64,000 nt of DNA from contig CAWDXG010000004.1 of assembly GCA_963806225.1 (NCBI GenBank), forward strand, positions 1,856,001 through 1,920,000, read 5' to 3'. Source of the DNA: an uncultured delta proteobacterium. GTDB lineage: Bacteria > Myxococcota_A > Polyangia > Polyangiales > Polyangiaceae. The notes beneath the pieces were generated by a model, which worked only from the letters and a program-made list of their open reading frames with translations, did not search any database and was not told the origin of the DNA. The position numbers and the translations under genes were made by a program. Numbering within the stretch: position 1 is the first letter of the stretch; every line of letters starts with the position of its first letter. This document shows, one piece after another, positions 23,235-33,211 of this stretch.

Positions 23235-24288
23235 ATGAAAGAAATTGGAGTCATTCTCAACCCCAACTCGCGGAAGAACCGCCGCATCGACCCAGATCGC
23301 GCGGAGAAGCTCCAGCGCATCGTGGGGGCTCGGGGGATGGTGCGCGAGACGCGGCAGCTCGACGAGCTGCCGCGGACGCTGGGCGACATGCTGGGCAGGG
23401 AGCAGCTCGGCTATCTGGTCGCCGACGGCGGCGATGGCTCGCTGCACTGGGTCATGAACGAGTCGCGCCAGCGTGCTCGCGGGCTCGGGACGCGACCCCG
23501 ACTCGCTGCCGCCGCTCGTTCCCACCAACGGCGGGACGATCGATTTCGTAGCGCGCAAGATGGGGATCAAGGGCAGCTCCGAGCAGATCCTGCTGCGCCT
23601 CACCCGGGAGCTGGATGCCGGGCGCATCCCGCCCCTGGCCGAGCTCGACACGCTGGAGCTCAGCGGCATCCACCGCGACGCGGACGGCACGCTCAGCCCC
23701 TTCAAACGCCTCGGTTTCGCACTGGCAGCCGGAGGCATCGGCCAGCGCTTCTTCGACAAGTACTACCAGGAGCAGGAGCTCGGCGCGGGGGCGATCCTGC
23801 GGGTCGTTGGCCGCGCCGTGGGCTCGCACCTGGCAGGGCGCGCCCACTTGCCGCTGCCCGACGGGATGCTCCGCTATGGACGCGAGGTGTTCCGCCCGAC
23901 ACCCGCGCGCGTCGTCATCGACGGCCGCGAGCTGGAAGGCCGGGAGCACGGCGCCATCCACGCCGGCGCATTCGATATCACTCTCGCCGGCGTGTTCCGC
24001 GTCTTTCCGCTGGCCAGCGAGCCTGGCGCGCTCCACTTCCAGGCGGGCGGCATCGTGCCCTCCGAGATGATCCGCGCGCTGCCCGACCTGTACCGCGGAC
24101 GCGCCATCAAGAGCCGTCATCTGACGGAAGTCTGCGGCCAGGAAATGCACATCGAATCGCTGGACGGGGAGCTGCTCGGGCCCGTGATCGACGGCGAGCT
24201 GTTCGACGGCATCGTGGAGCTGACGGTGCGTCGTGGCCCCCCGATCCGGGTTCCGCGATTGTTTTCGGCGTATCCCGGCCGTTCGTAG
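23235..24288 (+). CDS. Diacylglycerol/sphingosine kinase family protein; frameshift near 23470
   Basis: VILNPNS, GGDGSLH, then PTNGGTIDFVA and VIDGE in the +1 frame. Confidence 0.75.
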
Positions 24289-24536
24289 GCCCCGTCGCAA
24301 GCGCGCGCGGACGCCGCTCCAGCCGGCGAGATACCCCGCTGCACGCCCGGCCGGCCAGTCGCTTGACCAGAACCACAGATTGAAGCGGACGGATGCCTCT
24401 AGTATCAGATTGCACTGGTCCGCCGCTCGCGATCGCGAGAGGTTGGTCGACGAATCCGGAAGCTTGTAGATGGGACGGGGGCGCGAGGACTGCCCGCGTC
24501 GACACAGCTGGGTGGGCCCTGAAGGCGAGGACGAGG

Positions 24537-26039
24537 ATGCTCAAACGATCAATTGCTCTGGGTGCTGCGCTTGCGGCTATGGCTGCTCCAGCCCGCGGCC
24601 TGGCCCAGGACGCCGCGCAGCCGGCTTCGGGCTCGAGCTCGGGCTCGTTGTCGATGTCCACCGGCGCGGGAGCCGACGCCGGGGGTTCCGGAAGCTGGAT
24701 GAAGCAGTACAGGCCGGCGCCGAACCTGGTGGAGCTGGGCGTCTTCGCCGGCGTGCTCTTCCCGTCGAAGAGCCACAACATGATGGACCAGAAGCTCCAG
24801 CACCTGCCCTTCGATAGCGTGGCGCCCGACCTCGGCATCCGGGCGGCGTACTTCCCACTCAGCTTCCTGGGCGCCGAGGTCGAAGGCGCGCTGATGCCGA
24901 CCCACACCAGCGACAACGCCAGCGCACTTCTGTGGGCGGTACGCGCACACGGCATCGCACAGCTACCCATGTATCGCGTCACGCCGTTCGTGTTGGTCGG
25001 CGGCGGCCGCATGGGCGTCAAGAGCAGCTCGATCGGCAACGACGGCGACCCGCTGTTCGAGTTCGGCGCGGGCGTGAAGGGGGCACTCGGCAAGATGGCC
25101 AGTCTGAGGCTGGATGTGCGGGACAACCTCACGCAAAAGCACAACGCGAGCGACGGAACGCTGACGCACCATCCCTCCGTGCTGCTGGGTGTGAGCCTGG
25201 TTCTGGGGCGCAAGACCAAGGCGGCCCCGCCGCCGCCTGCGCCACCGCCGCCGCCCGGCGACATGGACAACGACGGTTTCACCGACGACAAGGACAAGTG
25301 CCCGACGCAGCCGGGCATCGCGCCGGACGGCTGCCCACCGGGCGACATGGACAACGACGGTTTCACCGACGACAAGGACAAGTGTCCGGACATCCCGGGC
25401 ATTGCGCCGAACGGCTGCCCGCCGGGCGACCGCGACAAGGACGGCTTCAAGGACGACCAGGACAAGTGCCCCGACGAGGCCGGAGTCGCGCCGGACGGGT
25501 GTCCGGTCCGGGACAAGGACCACGACGGCATCCCCGACGACAAGGACAAGTGTCCGGACAAGCCGGAGACGATGAACGGCTACCAGGACAGCGACGGCTG
25601 CCCCGACGAGCTACCGAAGGCCGTGAAGAAGTTCACCGGCGTCATCAAGGGCATCACCTTCGCATTCGGCAAGGCCACGATCCGCCCCCAGAGCCGGCCG
25701 GTTCTGAACGGCGCGGCGAAGGTGCTCAAGGACTACCCGGAGCTGCGCGTGCGCATCACGGGCCACACCGACAACATCGGCAAGCACGACGACAACGTCG
25801 AGCTTTCCGGGAAGCGCGCCGAGTCGGTCAAGGCCTACCTCGTCGAGCATGGCGTCGCCGCCGATCGGATCGAGACCCAGGGCATGGGCCCGGACGAGCC
25901 GATCGCCAAGAACAACACGCCGGGAGGCCGCGCGAAGAACCGCCGCATCGAATTCCACTTGATCCACAAGGCCGCCCCGGAAGGCGCCGGAACAGCGCCG
26001 GCCGCGGACAAGAAAGCGGCGGACAAGAAGGCGCCCTAG
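24537..26039 (+). CDS. OmpA family protein: N-terminal beta-barrel, thrombospondin type-3 repeats, peptidoglycan-binding domain
   Basis: Signal peptide; DxDxDG..DKCP repeats; GHTDNIG..LSGKRAESV..NRRIEF. Confidence 0.9.
   Translation: MLKRSIALGAALAAMAAPARGLAQDAAQPASGSSSGSLSMSTGAGADAGGSGSWMKQYRPAPNLVELGVFAGVLFPSKSHNMMDQKLQHLPFDSVAPDLGIRAAYFPLSFLGAEVEGALMPTHTSDNASALLWAVRAHGIAQLPMYRVTPFVLVGGGRMGVKSSSIGNDGDPLFEFGAGVKGALGKMASLRLDVRDNLTQKHNASDGTLTHHPSVLLGVSLVLGRKTKAAPPPPAPPPPPGDMDNDGFTDDKDKCPTQPGIAPDGCPPGDMDNDGFTDDKDKCPDIPGIAPNGCPPGDRDKDGFKDDQDKCPDEAGVAPDGCPVRDKDHDGIPDDKDKCPDKPETMNGYQDSDGCPDELPKAVKKFTGVIKGITFAFGKATIRPQSRPVLNGAAKVLKDYPELRVRITGHTDNIGKHDDNVELSGKRAESVKAYLVEHGVAADRIETQGMGPDEPIAKNNTPGGRAKNRRIEFHLIHKAAPEGAGTAPAADKKAADKKAP
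25257..25610 (+). repeat. Intragenic ~84-bp tandem repeats encoding TSP3 Ca-binding motifs
   Basis: GGCGACATGGACAACGACGGTTTCACCGACGACAAGGACAAGTG at 25257 and 25341, with further divergent copies. Confidence 0.8.
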
Positions 26040-26104
26040 CCCCGGCGAAAACCGTCCACGAAGCGCCGGTCTACCCCCCCTGGCTGATGGCGCGACGCCG
26101 CCAG

Positions 26105-26566
26105 CTACACTTGATCGAGCGGCCGCGGGTGGGTTTCCGGGTTCAGCAGGATCTCGATCACGTCGGGCGGCAGAGCGCGCGGGCGATGATCGTTGTCCAC
26201 GCAGGCCAGCTCGGTCGAACCGTCTGCGACGAGCTCCTCCCCGACCCCGTCCACGGATCGGAGCACCTGGTAGTCGAAGCGCAGCCGCACACGCCGCAGC
26301 CGGGCAAGGCGCGCTTCCACGATCAGCACGTCGTCGAAACGTGCGGTCCGCTTGTAGCCGAGCTGCGCATTGATCACCGGCAGATGCACTCCACGCTCGG
26401 TCCACGACAGGTAGTCCACTCCGCGGCGGTGCATGTATTCCACGCGGCCCGCCTCGAAATACGAGAGGTAGCTCGCGTGATGCACGATCCCCATCAGGTC
26501 CGTTTCGCAGAAGCGGACACGGACCGCGTAGCGGGAAAGACAATGGTCGGGAGGGTCCGGCGTCAC
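26105..26566 (-). CDS. Acyl-CoA thioesterase, YbgC/FadM (4HBT) family
   Basis: VRVRFCETDLMGIVHHASYLSYFEAGR, YKRTARFDD. Confidence 0.85.
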   Translation of the reverse strand: MTPDPPDHCLSRYAVRVRFCETDLMGIVHHASYLSYFEAGRVEYMHRRGVDYLSWTERGVHLPVINAQLGYKRTARFDDVLIVEARLARLRRVRLRFDYQVLRSVDGVGEELVADGSTELACVDNDHRPRALPPDVIEILLNPETHPRPLDQV

Positions 26567-26676
26567 CAAGGCGCGCGAGCATAGCCAGCCGCCGGCGACC
26601 TGGGAAACCCCTTCGTTGTCGCCCTGGGATGCGGCCGGCAGGCAGCTGGCGCTTGCCAGGTCGCCCGGGAAGGCGC

Positions 26677-27189
26677 ATGAAAACGCCGATGACCGCCGAG
26701 AACACGCCGGCACCCGCCGGTACGGAAGACTACAATGTGGTGGTGGGGGTCGACTATTCGGAGCAGTCGGAACAGGGCCTGTACGCAGGTCTGGACACCC
26801 TCGTCCGGCGCCCCGAAGCGAAGCTCCACGTGATCGCCGTCGCGGAAGGCGACGGGCCGCGCCTGCCCGACAAGCTGACGGCAGACACCAAGCAACAATT
26901 TCTGGACGAGGCGGCCCGCACGCTCGAGAGCTACCTGGGACAGCGGCTCGACGGCATGGCGCGCGCGGGAGCCCCGATCGACCGTGACCGGGTTTTCGAA
27001 TCCGTCGATTTCGGGAAACCGGCCGAACGCATCCTGTCACTCGCCCGGGAGGTCCACGCGGATCTCGTCATCGTGGGGACGCACGGGCTGAGCGGCGTCG
27101 AGCATCTGGTGCTCGGCTCGGTCGCCGAGACCGTGCTCAGGAACGCGCACTGCCCCGTGCTCGTGATGCGGCCCAAGCGGCACCGCTAG
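26677..27189 (+). CDS. Universal stress protein
   Basis: VVVGVDYSE, ADLVIVGTHG..LGSVAETVLRNAHCPVLV. Confidence 0.9.
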   Translation: MKTPMTAENTPAPAGTEDYNVVVGVDYSEQSEQGLYAGLDTLVRRPEAKLHVIAVAEGDGPRLPDKLTADTKQQFLDEAARTLESYLGQRLDGMARAGAPIDRDRVFESVDFGKPAERILSLAREVHADLVIVGTHGLSGVEHLVLGSVAETVLRNAHCPVLVMRPKRHR

Positions 27190-28928
27190 GCTCGGGCTTC
27201 GGACGTTCGCGGCACGATCGTGAAGTGTGCGCGCTCACGCTCGGCGGCAATGGCGTCCGGGTCGGGGCGGCGATCGTCGAACCAGTGCACCATTTCGGTC
27301 GCCTCCCAGGTGTAGGGCTCTCCATTCAGGCGCACGCGGCCCTCCGATGCCGCCAGCGTGACTTCCAGCAGCGGTACATCGCGGAAGTCGCGCTGCATCG
27401 CTTCGAAACGGCCCTGCCGCACTGGGTCCTGGAAGCTGCCGTCGTGCCGCGCGGCGTAGGCCGTATGGTACCAGGCCGGACGGAACGCGAGGCCTGCGAG
27501 CCCCAATCGCGTTGCTGTCTGTCCCAGCATCTCGCCGGCTTCGCGCGACAGCCCGAGCCCGGGCTCTTCCTGGCCGGGCAGCCGCGGCCGCTTTTCGCTG
27601 AAGCGCCCCCGGGGATGGCGCAAGGTCAGCCAGTGCACGTACAGCACATCGGCGTCGTCGATGCGCCGCTTCTCCAGCACACACTCGATGAGCAGCTGCT
27701 GCTCGTCTTCAGGACCGGCGAAAAGGCGCACGCGATCGCCGCGACCGTCGCGATCGATGACGATACGGAACTGCCCGTAGCCGAGACGCCTGAGGTGAGC
27801 GAGCAGCCCGTAGCGCGAGAAGGCGTACTCCAGCCCCTCTGCTGTGTAGTAGTCGAGGAAGCGATTCAGGTTCGCTCCCCCCTGCCCCAGTGCGGACATC
27901 AGATCCTCGCTGGTGATCGCCAGGTCGCCTTCAAGCTGCTCGGCGTGCATCTCCCGCGCGATCGCCGAGAAGCGCGCGCGCAGCGAGTCGTAGTCCGCGG
28001 GAATGGGCGCGAGCGAGCGGACGCTGAGCACCATGCCGGTGCCGGCCAGGACTTTCCAGGCGTTGCGCGTGTAGCCGCCACCCGGCAGCCACACGCTCGG
28101 GACGCGCTCGAGCGCCTGGCACACCCTGAGGTCGCGCAGCCGTGCGCCTTCCAGCCGGAGCGCGAACGCGCCGAAGCGGTCACCCGCCAGCACGTCGCCA
28201 CCCGCGATGACGAAGGCCAATCCAGCGGGTGGCATGCGGCGGAGCAACGCCTCGAGCGCCGCGAGATAGCTGCCGTCGTCACAGCCTGGGGGCAGCACCG
28301 TCTCGTCGACGCCTTCCAGCGTGCCCCAGTCCGTGCCCGAAAGCGATCCGATCCAGACCCCGGGGTCGCCGTGGAAACACTCGGCCGTCCCGTCGGGTGG
28401 GTGTGCATCGAGATCGAGCACCACGACCCGCTGCCGGAATCCTTCCGCGCGCATCACGGCTGTCGCCACGGCAATGTCGTTGACCGCACAGAATCCCCCG
28501 GGACGCGACGGTCCGGCGTGGTGGAAGCCCCCGAGCAGGTTCAGCGCCGGGCGGCGCCCCGCGAGCGCCGCACGCGCCGCATCGAGCGTGCCGCCGCAGG
28601 CGATGCGGAGCATGTGCAACAGCTCGTCCACAGGCACGTCCGAGGGATCGACGGCGAAGATGTTGCCCAGAGTCGTCGCGTGCGTCAGCGACTCGAGCAA
28701 CTCCGGGGTGTGGACGCGCTCCAGATCCCGGTAGCGGATTCGGTGCGGCGTGCGAAGGTTCTTCGGGCGCAGGAAGCCCGCGTCCACCAGGTACGAGATC
28801 GCCAGATCCGCGCGCCGGGGTTCCATTCCGGTCTGCCCCTCCACGGACGCCAGCGGGAGGCGATACGCCGGGTCGTACCAGACCGGGATGCCCTGGCCCT
28901 GCAGCCACCAGCGCAGCTGGTTTTTCAT
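27186..28928 (-). CDS. Histone deacetylase (AcuC-like) family protein with an extra ~200-aa C-terminal domain
   Basis: GGFHHA, GGFCAVND, DLDAH, GGDVLAGD, GGGY catalytic motifs; C-terminal WLTLRHP..LPGQEEPGLG..PAWYH. Confidence 0.85.
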   Translation of the reverse strand: MKNQLRWWLQGQGIPVWYDPAYRLPLASVEGQTGMEPRRADLAISYLVDAGFLRPKNLRTPHRIRYRDLERVHTPELLESLTHATTLGNIFAVDPSDVPVDELLHMLRIACGGTLDAARAALAGRRPALNLLGGFHHAGPSRPGGFCAVNDIAVATAVMRAEGFRQRVVVLDLDAHPPDGTAECFHGDPGVWIGSLSGTDWGTLEGVDETVLPPGCDDGSYLAALEALLRRMPPAGLAFVIAGGDVLAGDRFGAFALRLEGARLRDLRVCQALERVPSVWLPGGGYTRNAWKVLAGTGMVLSVRSLAPIPADYDSLRARFSAIAREMHAEQLEGDLAITSEDLMSALGQGGANLNRFLDYYTAEGLEYAFSRYGLLAHLRRLGYGQFRIVIDRDGRGDRVRLFAGPEDEQQLLIECVLEKRRIDDADVLYVHWLTLRHPRGRFSEKRPRLPGQEEPGLGLSREAGEMLGQTATRLGLAGLAFRPAWYHTAYAARHDGSFQDPVRQGRFEAMQRDFRDVPLLEVTLAASEGRVRLNGEPYTWEATEMVHWFDDRRPDPDAIAAERERAHFTIVPRTSEARA

Positions 28929-28975
28929 GCGAGCGAGCAAGCGTGGATCTCCCGACGAGCGCGAGCGTCGGCTCG

Positions 28976-29443
28976 CTAGTCGCCCGCGCGGGTGGCCGGT
29001 GGAACCGTGATCACAGGAACCGGCGACAGACGCACGAGCTTCTCCGCAACACTGCCGAGGAGCAGATGGCGCACTCCCCTGCGCCCGTGCGTTCCCATGA
29101 CGACGAGATCCGACTTGTGATGTTCGATGGCTGCAAGGATCGCCGATGCCGGCTCGCCGGATTCGAGATGGTGCGTCACTGTCACTCCCTCCGGCAGCTT
29201 CGCCGCCCCGAGGAAGTCGTCCATCTCGCGCTCGGCATTGCCCCGGATCAGATCGGCCAACGACTTTGCTGGCTCGCCGGCCTGGGAAACGAGCATGGTC
29301 TCGGGGACGTAGTTCGGCTTGTCCCACACGTGGATCACGTCGAGCGCGGCGCCGAAGCCCTTGGCCAGCGCCGCCGCGTACTCGAGCGTGACCCGGGCAT
29401 GCTCGGAGTAGTCGACGGGAACGATGATGCGCGTGATGTTCAT
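28976..29443 (-). CDS. Universal stress protein
   Basis: RIIVPVDYS, DLVVMGTHGRRG..LGSVAEKLVR. Confidence 0.9.
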   Translation of the reverse strand: MNITRIIVPVDYSEHARVTLEYAAALAKGFGAALDVIHVWDKPNYVPETMLVSQAGEPAKSLADLIRGNAEREMDDFLGAAKLPEGVTVTHHLESGEPASAILAAIEHHKSDLVVMGTHGRRGVRHLLLGSVAEKLVRLSPVPVITVPPATRAGD

Positions 29444-29513
29444 GAGCCTCTCCTTGACCGTCCGCGCGGGGGCGGCAGACCTGTGCGGGACCCCGTTCTA
29501 GCAGCGGATGAGG

Positions 29514-29530
29514 TGCAAGGGGCGGGCCGA
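29514..29530 (-). promoter_or_regulatory. sigma54 promoter of the USP-HDAC operon
   Basis: Minus strand TCGGCCCGCCCCTTGCA: GG-N10-GC; degenerate box CGGCA-N5-TGCGG at 29591-29605. Confidence 0.55.
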
Positions 29531-29635
29531 ACCACAGCGATGGACACCGCGCCCCCGCTACGCAGCCATTTCGCCGGATTGGTGCGGTGCCGGCAACGGC
29601 TGCGGCCCCGTAGGCGGAAGGCCGGGCCCCTCGAC

Positions 29636-31468
29636 TCAGCGGTACGGGCCACGGCCTCTGCCGATCTCCTCGAGCAGGCGTTCCAGCATCTGCAATCCGC
29701 CCAGCGCGGACAACGGCTCGCCGAGCGGCGCCGGGCGGGCCAGTGTCAAGGACTCCGGGGAAACCGAGACGGCGAGAGCGTCCCCGTCCAGCTCCTCGAG
29801 CACGCGGCGCACTCCGCGCGGCAGCTCCGCGGGCAGCTGCCCCGGCGAAAGCGGCTGTTCCGACCAGCCCAGCGCCTCCACTCCGGAGAGCCCACTCCGC
29901 GGCCTGAGCTCCACCAGCGTCCTCTGCGCGGTACCGTCCGCGCTCCACTCCGTCGCGACGCGCGCCCGATGCACGCCGAAACGACCGCTGACGATCATCC
30001 GGGCCCGCTCCAGCGTTCCGTCCAGCTCCTGGGCGAGCGCCTCCCAATCGCCTAGCTGTGCGTGCATCGAAGTGGGGGGCGGAATAGCGGCGCGCGCCGC
30101 GGGCAGAGCCCGCGAAAGCGTGGTCAGAAGCTCGATCAGCGCTTCCAGCGGACGCCGCGAGAGGCCCGCGTTCTTGAGCTCCGCAACAAAGTGCTCGTCG
30201 TCGATGTCGGCAAGGCGCGCCGCCCCGGGATCCATCTGCCAGAGCCCGAGCGCTTCGGTGAAGGCCTCTACCTGCGCCGGGTCGCGGCCAACGAGGTAGT
30301 GCTGCTTTTCGAACACCGCGCTGCCCTGCACCGGCGACGCGGTCATGAAACGGCGGAACCCGCGACGCGAGCCACCGTCCAGCCCCAGCCCCAGCGACTC
30401 GTAGCCCACCTCGCCTACCAGATACAGGCCCTGCCGCCCGCGATGCTCGCGCCAGATGCGCAGCGACGCGGCGTGCACCCGCTGGACCAGCTCGTCGTCT
30501 TGCAGCCGCCAGCCGGTGCGCTCGGCGACCGAGCTCCACAACGCATGCATCCGCGCCGAGCCCACGCTCGGCGCGGCGCGCCGCCGCGTCGTGTGGCTCC
30601 TGTCGCTATCGCGCCGCTCGGTCGGAAGGACGGACAGGGCGACAGACGCTACGAGATCCCGCGCCAACAAGCGCTTGGCCCGCACCTCCAGCGCCCAGTC
30701 CAGCCTCCACAGCTCGGCCCACGTCGTCGGAGTCACTTCGGGGAGCCGCATCGAAAACGGGATCGACGCGCCTTCCTGCGCGTCGTCCACGGCCAGATCC
30801 AGCGTGTAGCGGGCGACCCCGAACGTGTGCCGGAAGCGACCGATCGTGACCCACTCCGTACCTACCAGCGATACGGCTAGACCCGTGTAGCGGCTCTGTT
30901 CCACGTTCCCGAGCGCCACGGCGCCGTTCAGCACGGACCCCGACGCGACATTGCGGTCGGCCAGACTGAGCTCGAGGAAGGGCTCGTTGCCATCGGGACC
31001 GTTCGGCGCGGTCGAGCTGAGCACGGGCTCGGGGGGTCCGGGCGGCTGGGGCCGGGGCTCGATCCGCGCGACGAAGCTGGCGCGCGCATCGGGCCACCAG
31101 GCGATCACCGCGTGCACCTGGATCTCGTAGACCGCTCCGCTGCTGCGACCGCGATAGGACGGCGGGAGTTCCTCCGGCAGCGAGAAATGACACGAGAGCT
31201 CGGTACGCCCCATGGCGAGCGTGCGCGGACCAGCCAGGCGCGCGCCCAGCGACAGCAGCGTCTTCGTCATCGCCTGTGCGACCGGCACGGAACCCACCAT
31301 GCCGGTCGTGGCGTAGCCCCACTCCTTGCCCTGGAAGTGGATGTCGAGCGACTCGATCGCCACTTCGTGACGCGCATCCAGCACCACGACCGCCTTCACC
31401 TCCTGCCCCGGGTAGAGCACCGGGGGCAGAAGCAGTCCGATCCGGGGGCGGTGTTTGATGAGCGACAT
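29636..31468 (-). CDS. Arrestin/SpoOM-like beta-sandwich protein with C-terminal extension
   Basis: PGQEVKAVVVL..IHFQGKE..FSLPEELPPSYRG..YEIQVHAVIAWWPD, then a second sandwich (IPFSMRLP..WALEVRA). Confidence 0.6.
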   Translation of the reverse strand: MSLIKHRPRIGLLLPPVLYPGQEVKAVVVLDARHEVAIESLDIHFQGKEWGYATTGMVGSVPVAQAMTKTLLSLGARLAGPRTLAMGRTELSCHFSLPEELPPSYRGRSSGAVYEIQVHAVIAWWPDARASFVARIEPRPQPPGPPEPVLSSTAPNGPDGNEPFLELSLADRNVASGSVLNGAVALGNVEQSRYTGLAVSLVGTEWVTIGRFRHTFGVARYTLDLAVDDAQEGASIPFSMRLPEVTPTTWAELWRLDWALEVRAKRLLARDLVASVALSVLPTERRDSDRSHTTRRRAAPSVGSARMHALWSSVAERTGWRLQDDELVQRVHAASLRIWREHRGRQGLYLVGEVGYESLGLGLDGGSRRGFRRFMTASPVQGSAVFEKQHYLVGRDPAQVEAFTEALGLWQMDPGAARLADIDDEHFVAELKNAGLSRRPLEALIELLTTLSRALPAARAAIPPPTSMHAQLGDWEALAQELDGTLERARMIVSGRFGVHRARVATEWSADGTAQRTLVELRPRSGLSGVEALGWSEQPLSPGQLPAELPRGVRRVLEELDGDALAVSVSPESLTLARPAPLGEPLSALGGLQMLERLLEEIGRGRGPYR

Positions 31469-31534
31469 CGAGGTTCGAGCGAGCGTACGACGTTCGTTTC
31501 GCGACCGGACTGGGTTTGCTACGCTCCCGCCACT

Positions 31535-33049
31535 GTGCTGGAAAATCCGCGGTTGTTTCCCGGGGCTTCGTGGCAGCGCTGCGGAGCGGCGCTGGCGCTT
31601 GCCGCGCTCCTCGCCGCCTGCGGCTCGTCCAATACGGGCGTGAATCCAGCGCCCGAGGCCCTCCTGTCGGAGCAGCCGAAGGTGATCTTCCACGACAGCC
31701 AGCCGATGGTCGTCGACGTGCAGATCAAGCTTCGACGACCCGGAAGTGCGGTGCTCACGCTGCCCGGCGACCCCGGTGCACGTCCCGCACCGCCGGCGGA
31801 CGAGCCGGGCACAGACCTCACGCTGCGCGCCCGCGGGCTCCTGCCCGACACGGAGTACCACGGCACGCTGGCGCTCACCGGGGAGGACGGCAGCGCGCAG
31901 TCCGTCGCTGTCGACTTCCATACGCTGCCGCCGGCGCCCGGCTTCATCGCGTCGTTCCCGGTCACGCGGGGCGGCACGCCGTCGAGCGAGTACCGCATCT
32001 TCGATCTGTCGGTGCTGCCGGACATGACCGAAGGTGCCATCATCGCGGCGGCGCCGGACGGACGCACGCGCTTCTTCTTGCCACGGCCCGCGAAAACCAC
32101 GGTCATCCCCGCGGTGCCCGCCGGCATCAAGCTGCAGCCCGACGGCACGCTGCTGTTCACCCAGGACAACGACGCCATCCAGGTCGATGAGCTGGGCAAC
32201 GTGCTGTGGCAGGTCTCGGCCGCCAGCCTCGGCGTGGCGGGCTTCAACCACGACATCATCGAGCTGCCGAACGGCCACTACATAGCCATGAGCTACGCGT
32301 TCAAGGACGTGTTCCTCGACGCCGACCAGACGACGCATCACGTCTGCGGCGATCTGCTGGTCGAGTTCGATCGGCAGGGCCACAAGCTCTGGAGCTGGAA
32401 CTCGTTCGATCATCTCGATGCGCAGCGCATCCACAGCGGCTACGAGAGCTTCGTGGCCGATCCAGCCACAGGGGAAAACGCCAACGACTGGACGCACGGC
32501 AACGGCATCCTGTACCAGCCCCAGGACGACACGGTCCTGCTCAGCATGCGGCACCAGGATTGGCTCATCAAGATCGACCACAAGACGGGTGCCATCGTCT
32601 GGCGGCTCGGCCCCGACGGCGACTTCAAGCTCACCTCCGGCGAGTGGTTCTGGCACCAGCACTCGCCCCAGTGGCAGTCCGACGGCTCGCTTCTGCTCTA
32701 CGACAACGGCGTCACCAATCCGTACGTGCCGCTGGCGGACGGGCGTTCGCGCCCCATCCAGGTCGCCTTCGACGAGAAGGCAATGACCGCGCAGATCGTG
32801 TGGTCCGAGACCAACGAGAAGTATCTGTCGATCATCGCGGGCGACAACGACCGCCTCGACAACGGCAACGTGAGCGTGCTCGACAGCTTCCTCCCGCTCC
32901 CGGGCAGCGGCATCTTCACCGGCTATTCGCGCCTGCGCGAGGTCGACCAGAAGGACAACGCCTGGGTCTGGTCGATGAGGCTTCCCGACAACCGCTTCGC
33001 CTACCGCTGCATTGTCAGCTCGCGTCTGCCGGGCGAAGCGGCAGAGTAG
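31535..33049 (+). CDS. Arylsulfate sulfotransferase (ASST) family lipoprotein
   Basis: Lipobox LAAC; FNHD, DWTHGN, SMRHQD, WHQH motifs matching the ASST His/Asn/Arg active site; YDNG. Confidence 0.8.
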   Translation: MLENPRLFPGASWQRCGAALALAALLAACGSSNTGVNPAPEALLSEQPKVIFHDSQPMVVDVQIKLRRPGSAVLTLPGDPGARPAPPADEPGTDLTLRARGLLPDTEYHGTLALTGEDGSAQSVAVDFHTLPPAPGFIASFPVTRGGTPSSEYRIFDLSVLPDMTEGAIIAAAPDGRTRFFLPRPAKTTVIPAVPAGIKLQPDGTLLFTQDNDAIQVDELGNVLWQVSAASLGVAGFNHDIIELPNGHYIAMSYAFKDVFLDADQTTHHVCGDLLVEFDRQGHKLWSWNSFDHLDAQRIHSGYESFVADPATGENANDWTHGNGILYQPQDDTVLLSMRHQDWLIKIDHKTGAIVWRLGPDGDFKLTSGEWFWHQHSPQWQSDGSLLLYDNGVTNPYVPLADGRSRPIQVAFDEKAMTAQIVWSETNEKYLSIIAGDNDRLDNGNVSVLDSFLPLPGSGIFTGYSRLREVDQKDNAWVWSMRLPDNRFAYRCIVSSRLPGEAAE

Positions 33050-33086
33050 CCGCACTGTCGACACTTCGTAGGCCCGCGCGCTCTCG

Positions 33087-33100
33087 TTGATGCGCATCAA
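33087..33100. promoter_or_regulatory. FNR/CRP-family binding box
   Basis: Perfect TTGAT-GCGC-ATCAA in the intergenic region, about 110 bp upstream of the cytochrome ATG. Confidence 0.7.
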
Positions 33101-33211
33101 CCGCGGCGCGCAATCGCGACGCGCTACCGCGCAGAGCGAGTCGCACGCCTGACAGCCGTCAGACGGAACCATCGGAGGTCCGGCAGATCCTTGGAAGCGA
33201 GGAGGAGTGCC

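Noticed and set aside
26990..27005. TTCGAATCC tRNA T-loop-like sequence
   Set aside because: Inside the USP coding sequence; no cloverleaf
28929..30539. N-terminal extension of the 1117-aa HDAC ORF
   Set aside because: Overlaps the USP and arrestin-like genes in other frames; Arg/Ala/Gly-rich noise
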